64,000 nt of DNA from an uncultured Candidatus Saccharibacteria bacterium (GTDB taxonomy: Bacteria > Patescibacteriota > Dojkabacteria > J137). Below the pieces are notes generated by a model. That model did no database searches and was not told where the DNA came from. It saw only the letters and a list, made by a program, of their open reading frames with translations. The number at the start of each line of letters is the position of its first letter. Position 1 is the first letter of the stretch. The translations under genes were made by a program, and so were the position numbers. The stretch covers positions 37,771 through 101,770 of the forward strand of contig OZ246402.1 in NCBI GenBank assembly GCA_965230975.1, given 5' to 3'. Shown here piece after piece: positions 28,527-37,800 of the stretch.

Positions 28527-29327
28527 ATGATTTTAGCAGTTACAAATCAAAAAGGTGGCGTAGGTAAAACTACCACAGTAATGAACATTGGCGTATATCT
28601 TGCAAAAAAAAGAAAAAAAGTTCTGCTTGTAGACTTAGACCCTCAAGCAAATTTATCTTCCGGACTAATAGAGAATAAAACCCAAGCTGTAAAGGGAAAT
28701 ATATATGATCTTTTAATTAATAAAGTAGATGTTAAAAACATTGTAAAAACAACTAGACTAAAAGATTTAGACTTAATTCCTTCTGGAATAGAACTTGCGG
28801 GTGCAGAAGTTGAACTTGTTGGCGCTCTTTCTAGAGAAAATATTTTAAAAAGAGGTTTAGAAAAGATAGAAAAAGAATATGACTTTATACTAATTGACTG
28901 TCCACCATCCTTAGGCTTACTTACAATTAATGGCTTAGTTGCGGCAGAGAAAGTTTTAATTCCAGTACAATCTGAATACTATGCATTAGAAGGTTTAGGG
29001 CAACTAATAAATACAATAAAAATGATTAAATCTACTTTAAATCCTACCTTGGATATTGGTGGCGTAATCTTAACAATGTTTGACTCTAGAACTAATTTAA
29101 GCAAAGATGTAGCATCAGAACTTAAAAACTTTTTTGAAGACAAACTTTTTCAAAGCATTATTCCAAGAAGTATTAGGTTATCAGAAGCCCCTTCTCGAAG
29201 CCAAACCATTGCAGAATATGCCCCAAACTCAACTGGCTCAATAGCTTACGAAAATCTTGCCAAAGAAATAATTAACAGATTTAATGGTGGCAACGACATG
29301 CTTAGGCCTAATATTGGTAAAGATTAA
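28527..29327 (+). CDS. parA: chromosome partitioning ATPase ParA/Soj
   Basis: Deviant Walker A AVTNQKGGVGKTTT; 266 aa; upstream of parB. Confidence 0.85.
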   Translation: MILAVTNQKGGVGKTTTVMNIGVYLAKKRKKVLLVDLDPQANLSSGLIENKTQAVKGNIYDLLINKVDVKNIVKTTRLKDLDLIPSGIELAGAEVELVGALSRENILKRGLEKIEKEYDFILIDCPPSLGLLTINGLVAAEKVLIPVQSEYYALEGLGQLINTIKMIKSTLNPTLDIGGVILTMFDSRTNLSKDVASELKNFFEDKLFQSIIPRSIRLSEAPSRSQTIAEYAPNSTGSIAYENLAKEIINRFNGGNDMLRPNIGKD

Positions 29328-29388
29328 AAAAATATAAACTTCTCGCTTTTCGCTTGTTACTTCTAAACATATTTACTACAATGTAAGC

Positions 29389-30249
29389 ATGTCAAGTAAA
29401 TCAACAGGTCTAGGAAAAGGGCTATCCGCTCTAATCAACAAAGATTCAATTTCAGAAATATCTGAGGGGTACATACCCGCTCTACCAATTGGGTATATAT
29501 CACCAAACAAATACCAACCAAGAATAGAAATCAAGCCAGAAACTTTAGTAGAACTTGCAGATTCAATTAGAGAGCACGGAGTTATAGAACCTTTACTAGT
29601 AACAAAAAGGGCCGAGACATCTTACGAATTAATAGCAGGAGAAAGAAGATGGAGAGCCGCAAAACTTGCAGGGTTTGAAAGTGTTCCAGTTGTTGTTAAA
29701 GAATCAACCCCCCAGGAGATGCTAGAACTTGCAATTATTGAAAACATTCAAAGATCTGATTTAAACCCACTAGAAGAGGCATTGGCATTTGAACAACTTC
29801 ATAAAATGTTTAACTTATCTCAAGATCAGGTTGCAAAAAGAGTTGGTCTTAGCCGGTCTGCAATAGCAAATAAAATTAGATTACTCACTTTGCCAGATGA
29901 AATTAAAAAAGCTTTATTAGAAACCAGAATATCTGAAGGTCATGCAAGAGCTTTGTTAGGGCTTACAAATTCCGAAACATTAATTGCAGCATATAAAATT
30001 ACGGTAAGGGATAATTTATCTGTAAGAGCCGTAGAGGAACTAGTAAGAAGACTTAATAAAGGTAAAAAAATAAACTTAAGAAAGCACATGCGAATTTTAG
30101 ATGAAAAAACTACAATCATAGAAACAAATCTTAAGAAAATCTTTGGAGAAAGAGCAGCAATTTCCAGGTCTCAAAAAGGTGGCAAAATTACTCTCCCCTT
30201 TTCTAACGATGATGAACTTGAAAAAATTTTGAAAGTAATAGAAAAATAA
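29389..30249 (+). CDS. parB: chromosome partitioning protein ParB/Spo0J
   Basis: ParB box GERRWRAAKLAG, HTH ...QVAKRVGLSRSAIANKIRLL. Confidence 0.85.
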   Translation: MSSKSTGLGKGLSALINKDSISEISEGYIPALPIGYISPNKYQPRIEIKPETLVELADSIREHGVIEPLLVTKRAETSYELIAGERRWRAAKLAGFESVPVVVKESTPQEMLELAIIENIQRSDLNPLEEALAFEQLHKMFNLSQDQVAKRVGLSRSAIANKIRLLTLPDEIKKALLETRISEGHARALLGLTNSETLIAAYKITVRDNLSVRAVEELVRRLNKGKKINLRKHMRILDEKTTIIETNLKKIFGERAAISRSQKGGKITLPFSNDDELEKILKVIEK

Positions 30250-30307
30250 CCTGCATACACCAATTCATTTAAATGTAGTAAAATCCTTATAGTCAAATTT
30301 TATAAAC

Positions 30308-31663
30308 ATGGCACGACTTTTAATTTCTGCAGCTCATACAATGGAAAATCCTGGTGCAGTGTACCAAGATTTAAGAGAGGCAGATTTAACAAGAAAACTT
30401 TTAGCACTTTGTTTGCCTCATTTAGATGCAAAAAAAATAGAATATAAAGCTGTACCATTAGACCTTCCCTTAATACAAAGAATCGAATGGATAAACAACA
30501 CAGGTTTTAGCGAAGCACAAGGAGACATTTTTGTTGAACTTCATATTAACGATGGTGGGAAACGAGGTGTAGAAGGTTGGTACAGAGGCAATGCATCAAA
30601 CGATAATAGATCTCAAAGACTTGCACAAAATATTGTTGACTATGTTTGTAAAACTACCGGTTATCAAAGCCAAGGTGCAAAAAGCGAATACGAACATGAA
30701 CTAACATCACTTTTAATACTTAACTCTACAAACCCATCTGGTACATGCGTAGAGCTACTCTACTTAGACAACCCCGAAGATATTGCAATTTTGAAAGATG
30801 ATGGCAAAATGAATGATTTGGCCAAAGTAATTGTAGATGCAATTGATGAATTCTTTAAAGATGATGCAAAAAGACCATTGCCTCAACCAAACCCTCAAGA
30901 TGCAATTACTAACAATAACGGAAGCATTCTTAATGCTCAAGTTGGAGCACCTTTAAACATATCACCCGCACCAACTAGCGGTGTAACAAATACAACACTA
31001 CCTAGCCCTATTGTAAGCTCTCCAGCGCAAACACCTTTTGCAGGTGGGTTTGGAGGGGCAAGCCCAATAATTCCTCCGGCTTCACCTTTTGGTGGTGGAT
31101 TAGGCTCTATGGGTGGCTTTGGTGGCGGAATGAGTGGAGGAATAGGAGCACCAAAGCCGGGAGGTTTAGGTGCAGGTAGCAACGGAATGTTAATGGATAG
31201 AGAGCAAAGGAAGACAATGATCAAAGAAACTTACCTAAAGATAATGGGTAAGGAAATATCTCAAAATGATTTAAACTACTATTTAAATTTGGGTTCTAGT
31301 AAATCTGAACTTATAGAGAAACTAATAGAACATGCTGATTTTCAAGCAATTATAAAAGATGGCGCAGAGGCAAAAGAATTAAGAACTAAAATACAAAAGT
31401 TAGAAGGTGAAGTTGCTCTACTTCAATCTAATTTAAACGATACAAAAGCCTTACAAACAAGCCTTGCACAATTGCTAGAACAAAAAAATATAATGATTCA
31501 ACGACTTTATCAAGAACTTCAAAACCATAGAATTTTAATCGAAGGCCAACATATTGATTCATTTAAACCAAAAGCAATTTCTGGATCTTCAAATTCCGGA
31601 TCTTCTAGTGAAACTGCAGGAAGAAAATTATTTAAAAGAATGATGAAAATAGCAAAGGTTTAA
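30308..31663 (+). CDS. N-acetylmuramoyl-L-alanine amidase (Amidase_3 family) with Gly/Pro-rich linker and C-terminal coiled-coil domain
   Basis: N-terminal ISAAHTMENPGAV, FVELHINDGG, ELLYLDNPED resemble CwlD/AmiC-type amidase_3. Then a GGFGGxxP low-complexity stretch and a heptad-rich tail. Confidence 0.65.
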   Translation: MARLLISAAHTMENPGAVYQDLREADLTRKLLALCLPHLDAKKIEYKAVPLDLPLIQRIEWINNTGFSEAQGDIFVELHINDGGKRGVEGWYRGNASNDNRSQRLAQNIVDYVCKTTGYQSQGAKSEYEHELTSLLILNSTNPSGTCVELLYLDNPEDIAILKDDGKMNDLAKVIVDAIDEFFKDDAKRPLPQPNPQDAITNNNGSILNAQVGAPLNISPAPTSGVTNTTLPSPIVSSPAQTPFAGGFGGASPIIPPASPFGGGLGSMGGFGGGMSGGIGAPKPGGLGAGSNGMLMDREQRKTMIKETYLKIMGKEISQNDLNYYLNLGSSKSELIEKLIEHADFQAIIKDGAEAKELRTKIQKLEGEVALLQSNLNDTKALQTSLAQLLEQKNIMIQRLYQELQNHRILIEGQHIDSFKPKAISGSSNSGSSSETAGRKLFKRMMKIAKV

Positions 31664-31732
31664 TTAAATTGTATTGTCCGATAACTCAACTTTAAATTAA
31701 TATTTGGTCTTATATTATAACAAACTCTATTT

Positions 31733-32116
31733 CTAAGATTCTTCTTCAAGATTTACCCTTCTTACACGTTCAAGCTTATAGGGTTTTGTGGCCCATTTAT
31801 AGAATAACTCTTCTTTATTTAGGTAAACTAGCAGTCGTTTTACAAATTCACGCTCAATATTCTTATCTTCAATCTTGGCTAATCCTACCCTTAATAAAAA
31901 AGGACAAGGTATGGAGCCTTCCCCATAAACTTGAATTTCTATGTCTAATTTTACATCAAAAAAAGATTTAAAAAATTTAATAGATTTAGGGAATCCAAGC
32001 ATTTGATAGTTTGTTACAGTCTTTGTGTCAGTAGCAATCAAACCTGCCCTTTCTTGCCCTACAATACATTCATACTGAAAATCTGAAGCTGTTTCAGATT
32101 GTGAAGAATCTAGCAT
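31733..32116 (-). CDS. hypothetical protein
   Basis: 127-aa ORF; divergent from rny across a 324-nt spacer. Confidence 0.4.
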   Translation of the reverse strand: MLDSSQSETASDFQYECIVGQERAGLIATDTKTVTNYQMLGFPKSIKFFKSFFDVKLDIEIQVYGEGSIPCPFLLRVGLAKIEDKNIEREFVKRLLVYLNKEELFYKWATKPYKLERVRRVNLEEES

Positions 32117-32440
32117 TGAAAATTGATAAGAAATATTTTTAGTATATCAATATAAATATATTGCAATCAACTTTTATATGTTTTATATCAATTAACTAAA
32201 ATAATCGCTTTTCTGATATAATTGCGTGTTTCTTAAGCAAATATTGGAAATCAAAAAGACCAGAGCTTAAGAAAGGAGTTAAACCGAAGACTGATTAATA
32301 TTTAGAGAATTTATTTAAATGAAGTTAAAAACATCAAAATCATTTAAAGAACCTGCCGGCTCAATTTTGCTGGTAATCTCTCTATAGCTAAAAAATCAAA
32401 CTTCTAAAAAACTCCAATTAATAATTTTTAATTATCTAAC

Positions 32441-34018
32441 ATGGAAACAGGTGCCTTATCACTTGTTCTTGTTGTACTAGCAATACTTGCTGTAATACTG
32501 GGTGGAGTTGTTTTTTACCTATTTCAGCAATTAAATAAAACAAGACAAGATACACAAAAAGCAATAGAAGATGCTTTAGCAAAAAATAAAGAAGTTGCAG
32601 TTTTAAGTGAAGAAAAAGCAATTGAAAGAGCTAGCGATATTGCCAAAAACAAACTAATTGATGCAGAAAAACGAGTATTAGAAATTCAAACAGCTGCCCA
32701 AGAAGCTGCAAGAAAATCAAGAGAACAAATTAAAGAGCAAGAAATAATTCTTGATCAAAGAGAAAGAAAATTAATTGAAAGAGCTAGTAATTTGGACTTA
32801 AGATCTGACCAAATAGAAAAAAAAGAAAACAACCTAGAAACCTTAAGAAGTGATATTGCAAGGCAAAAAGATGAACTTTCAAAAAAGTTAGAACAAATTG
32901 CAGGTTTAACAAAAAAAGAGGCAGAAGATATGCTTAAACAAGAGGTAGAAAAAAATCTAAATAGCTGGGTTGCAAAAAAAGTAAGAGAATCAGAAGAGCA
33001 AATCAAACATGAATCTGATGAGGTTTCTAAAAAAATCTTAGTAGAGACAATGGTTAATAGCGCCACAGATTATGTTGTAGAAACAACAACTACTACATTC
33101 ACTATTGATGATGAAAACCTAAAGGGCAAAATCATTGGAAAAGATGGTAGAAACATTAGAACTTTTGAAAAACTAACTGGCGTAGATGTAATTATAGATG
33201 AAGCTCCAAACCAAGTTACACTTTCATGTTTTGACCCAATTCGAAGAGAAGTTGGAGCACTTGCCCTACAAAAATTATTGCAAGATGGGAGAGTTCACCC
33301 AGGAGCAATAGAAGAAACAATCGACAAAGTTAAAAAAGACGTTTTGAAAGTAATTAAAAAAACTGGAGAAGACATGGCTTATGAAACCGGATTTAATAAT
33401 TTGCCAAACGAAATTATTATGTTGCTTGGTAGATTTAAATACAGATTTAGTTATGGTCAAAACTTGGTAAAACACACATTAGAAATGGTAAAGATTGCAG
33501 AAATGCTAGCAATGGAGCTTGGCGCAGATGTACAGACTGTAAAACTAGCCTGCCTATTGCACGATATTGGTAAGGTAGCACCAGAAGAAGGAAAACAGCA
33601 TCACCATATTTCTGCAGAATTAGCTGCTAAATATTGGAAAGATGAAAGACTAGTGAATGCAATTGCTGCTCACCACTTTGATATAGAAGCCCAATCTGTA
33701 GAAGCGGAAATTGTTAGAATTGCAGATGCAATTTCGGGTGCAAGACCAGGAGCCAGAAGAGATAGTTATGAAGAATATGTAAAAAGAGTAAGGGCATTAG
33801 AAGATATTGCAACAAAATACAAAGGTGTAAAAGAGGCATTCGCAATTAATGCAGGTAGACAAGTTAGAGTAATCGTTAAGCCAGAAGAAACATCTGATGA
33901 AGATACAAAATCTATGGCATATAACATTGCAAGAGAAATTGAACAAACTCAAAATTACCCAGGTGTAATTAAAGTTACAGTAATTAGAGAATTAAGAGCG
34001 CAAGAAGAAGCTAAATAA
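32441..34018 (+). CDS. rny: ribonuclease Y
   Basis: N-terminal TM, coiled-coil, KH domain IGKDGRNIRTFEKLTGVDVIIDE, HD domain CLLHDIGK...HH; 525 aa. Confidence 0.9.
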   Translation: METGALSLVLVVLAILAVILGGVVFYLFQQLNKTRQDTQKAIEDALAKNKEVAVLSEEKAIERASDIAKNKLIDAEKRVLEIQTAAQEAARKSREQIKEQEIILDQRERKLIERASNLDLRSDQIEKKENNLETLRSDIARQKDELSKKLEQIAGLTKKEAEDMLKQEVEKNLNSWVAKKVRESEEQIKHESDEVSKKILVETMVNSATDYVVETTTTTFTIDDENLKGKIIGKDGRNIRTFEKLTGVDVIIDEAPNQVTLSCFDPIRREVGALALQKLLQDGRVHPGAIEETIDKVKKDVLKVIKKTGEDMAYETGFNNLPNEIIMLLGRFKYRFSYGQNLVKHTLEMVKIAEMLAMELGADVQTVKLACLLHDIGKVAPEEGKQHHHISAELAAKYWKDERLVNAIAAHHFDIEAQSVEAEIVRIADAISGARPGARRDSYEEYVKRVRALEDIATKYKGVKEAFAINAGRQVRVIVKPEETSDEDTKSMAYNIAREIEQTQNYPGVIKVTVIRELRAQEEAK

Positions 34019-34024
34019 TATTAA

Positions 34025-34054
34025 GGGGGCCCCGTTCCGGGGCCCCCTTTTTTA
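34025..34054 (+). terminator. Rho-independent terminator of rny
   Basis: GGGGGCCCCG-TTC-CGGGGCCCCC perfect 10-bp stem followed by TTTTTTT. Confidence 0.9.
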
Positions 34055-34067
34055 TGCAATTACTAAA

Positions 34068-34820
34068 TTGAAAAACAAAATTTTAAAAAAAAATATTGAG
34101 GTATCTGTAGTTATACCAGCATATAACGAAGAGGATTTACTTCCATTCACTTTAAATTCTTTAAAAAATCAGGACTACAAAAAGAATTTTGAAATTATAG
34201 TTTGTGATAATAACAGTAAAGATAAAACCGCATCTATAGCAAAAAACATGGGTGCAAAAGTTGTAATAGAAAAACAAAAAGGTACTAGCTACGCGTATGA
34301 TACGGGAATGCGTGCAGCAAGCGGAGACCTAATACTTGTTACAAATGCAGATACTCTACTCCCCTCTAATTGGATTTCTGAGATTGTTAAAGCATATAAT
34401 TCTGACTCAGAACTTGTTGCTGTTGGTACAAAAGTTGAGTTTTATAATGCTCCCAAATGGGTAAATATTATGCTTAAAACATTAGACCTCTTAAACCCGG
34501 TTAAAGCAATGTGGGGTGTATCTATGTCTTGCAGAAAATGGGCATTTTATGAAGTAGGCGGATTTCAACAAGGAATTAACACCAACGAAGATGCAATTTT
34601 TACCCTCAAAATCAAAAAATACGGCCACTTTAAGAGACTTAACAACGTTACAGTACAAATGGACGGCAGAAGATTTAATAACGGGTTTTTTAACGCCATA
34701 AAGGCATGGACTAATGGATTTGGTGTAAACGCTCTATCTATACTTTTTAACTATTCAATAAAAGGTACTATTGAAGGCGCTATAAAGAATTTTGAAGATT
34801 TTAGAGTTAAGAAAGATTAG
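34068..34820 (+). CDS. family 2 glycosyltransferase
   Basis: VVIPAYNEEDLL, DNNSKDKT, DAD-like LVTNADTLL motifs; 250 aa. Confidence 0.75.
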   Translation: MKNKILKKNIEVSVVIPAYNEEDLLPFTLNSLKNQDYKKNFEIIVCDNNSKDKTASIAKNMGAKVVIEKQKGTSYAYDTGMRAASGDLILVTNADTLLPSNWISEIVKAYNSDSELVAVGTKVEFYNAPKWVNIMLKTLDLLNPVKAMWGVSMSCRKWAFYEVGGFQQGINTNEDAIFTLKIKKYGHFKRLNNVTVQMDGRRFNNGFFNAIKAWTNGFGVNALSILFNYSIKGTIEGAIKNFEDFRVKKD

Positions 34821-37800
34821 TTAGCTAAATGGGTTAGACTGAATGCTACTAGATTTTGTATTAGAACTCTCTAAAACAACCTTACCTTGCACAAAACCTC
34901 TAGCATTAACTTTTATAGATTGGTTTAAAACCTCTCCGTTGTTGTTTGTTAACAAATTGTATTCACCCTTTTCAAGTCGCACTTTCATAACACCTTCTTT
35001 ATTTGTAATACCTGCATCTACTACTCCTCCATCTTTATTTATCACTTTAAAAACAACTCCTTTGACTGGAATTCCATTTGTATTTAATATAACAATTGGT
35101 TTTTCTAGCTTATTTAATATAAATACATAAATATTTACTATAAAAACAACTATATAAACTATTAATATTAATCCGTTAATTAAACTTGGAGATGTAATAT
35201 AAACAAAAAGGGAGTATATAAAGCCAACAATTGTTAATGCTTTAAGTGCTCTGAAAACCCAACCGGTAGCTTTTAAATTAAACCTTCTGTTTTGTTTACT
35301 TTTAATCAAACCTTTAGAATTTCTTTTTAAATCAATATCATAGGTTAATACATTATTTTTATACATACCACTAACCATAATTTCTTTCGTTTCATAACCT
35401 TCTGCTTTTACAACCAGCTTATACTCTACTTCACTATCAATTGATAGAGAGTATCTTCCTTTAAAATCGCTAATAGATCTATCTACTATTTTTCCTTCTA
35501 AAGATACAAGCTCTATACTTGCCAATGGAATAATTTCTTTAGAACTTAAGTCATAAACTATTCCAAAATATCTTTTTCTTCTTTGAATATATGCGCCTAT
35601 TAAAGCACCTAATTGAGGCAATGAATTTGCAGGGATAGCCGTAACTGCAAGTACAACACCTCCAAACAGTGGTATTGCCGGCGAAACTACATTACTTGCT
35701 TGTTTTAACAATTCTGCAGAGTTAGCAGTAAACACTTTTAAAGTGCCCTGTATACTTACCAAAAATTGATTAACTAAAGCGCTAAAATCATTTTCCGAAC
35801 CCAAGCCTTCACTATTCGATGAGGTATATGAAATTGGGAAAGATACGAATTTTGGTTCTTCCGAAATTGGTGAAAGAGTCACATAACTTACTGGATTTTC
35901 ATTTTGGGCAGAAATACTAAATGATAATGTTATACTTCTACCACTCTCGGTATTATTGTTTCTAACCCCTACTACATACCAGGTATAGTTACCATTAGCA
36001 AGTGTAGTTGGAATTTGCAACTGACTACTTGTTTTATCTACAGTTGCATAAAATGCTCCATTAATATAAATAGCATACTGCTTTAAGTCTGGGTCTGTAC
36101 TTGATTGCCATTTTAGTAAAGGTGTTCCACTGGTTAGTGTTTGACTATTAATAGGTGAACTTAAAGTTATTGGGTATGTTTGCACTTCAAAAGGAACATC
36201 TTGAATTGATACATTTGTACCAAATTCTGATGTGAATCCAGCATTATTTGTAGCAAGGGCAGAGAACTTTATAATACTTGTTCCATCACTACCTGGGACT
36301 GTAACTTCTGCCTGCCAAGGGTTTATTCCGCCTGTAACTTGAGTAATATAGTTCTCTTGAAAGAATAGGCTATCTACACAATTAGATTCTGAAGCAATGG
36401 CACCATTAGATAAACATATTTCTAAATCAAAAGGCCCTTCATTATTAACATTATTATCTAAAACACCCTCTAATAAGTATTTCCCACCACCAACATAAGT
36501 TATAGATTGGATTACTGGAGAATTCATACCGTTATTAGCAATTGTATTTGATGCATAAGAGTCTGCATCTCCTGAATCGTTGGTGTTTACACCTGCAACA
36601 TTATTTTCAAGCAAATCTATAGATTGGTTTCCAGATGATATGTTTGTAAATATATTTTCCGAAATTTTTACCCCTGTTATATTACGCATTCTAATACCTG
36701 TTGCAGATATGTTATTGAAAGTATTATTTTGAATATGTATAGAATCAGGAGATGTTATGTTTCTAATATATATACCATTGTGTGTAGAAGATATATAGTT
36801 GTTTTTAAATTCTCCAACTCCATTCCAGGTTTCGTATGCAGCAAGGTTTTGGGCAGTTGGAGCTGTTTGTCCACTACCTACAAATCTGGATAGGTCAAAT
36901 TTTTGTGTTTTGGATTTATTTGCACCAATTGTATTGTTAGAAACTACTAAAGGTAAACCATCCTCTAATGTAATAATTCTGGCAACAACGTTATTTGTTA
37001 TTGTAACTGGACCTTCGGCATAAATTTCAGAAACATTGAATATTGTTTCTCCGCTTACATCTGTTCCACAGTAATTATTATTGATAACAACATAACCTCT
37101 ACTAAATATACATGTGCCTTGAGTGGTATTAATAATATTATTTTGTAGCAATGCACCACCTATATCAGATTCGATAAAAATCCCATAACCATCTACAGCC
37201 TTGGTGAGTAAAGTACCCGCAGGGTTAGTACCAAATTTATTATTGATTACTTCAATATGTGATGTTGCTGTAGGAGACCCAAGTCTTAAGGCAATATTAT
37301 TTATATTTGAATTGAACCATCCAAATAAGTTATTTGATATATTTAATTCTCCTTTAATTGTATCTGAATCTATAAGATGTGTTGCACAGTCACTAGATAA
37401 CTGTAACCCTTTCGCATCTGTGCAAAAGTAATTGTTAGTTATAGTTACATTTTCCGAAGCATCTGCTGCAATGTATGTATAGTTTGTTGCGATTAATTCA
37501 CCAGTAGTGTTGCTTAGAATAAAACCATTTATTGTTAAATCTAATAAATCTTTTGTTGCAGTATCTGTTAGTGTTTTAAATATATTTGTGGCAACTCCAG
37601 CTCCAGTAATTAAAATATCCGGTCCAAAAGTGTTTCTATTATTGCCACTATTTGTTTCTTGAGTAGCTCCATCTATTATTACCTCTTTATAAGAAACTAT
37701 ATCAGGCAAGCTACTAGCTAGTGTTATTAAAAAGTAATCATCTCCGTTTGCTGAATCACCACTGCTACTTGTGTTTGCATCATCATAATCTCTGTAACCT

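Noticed and set aside
30937-31224. 95-aa antisense ORF rich in Pro/Gly
   Set aside because: It is the reverse complement of the Gly-rich low-complexity linker of the amidase gene; spurious.
32117-32440. Possible small ncRNA (SRP RNA, 6S RNA) in the 324-nt divergent spacer before rny
   Set aside because: No conserved SRP domain-IV motif or 6S-like long bulged helix was evident by eye; only a 23-codon ORF. Left unannotated.
35500-35700. LPQLG + hydrophobic + RRKR segment in the giant protein as a sortase sorting signal
   Set aside because: It lies about 250 aa before the C-terminus and is followed by further domains and TM segments, so it cannot be a C-terminal cell-wall sorting signal.
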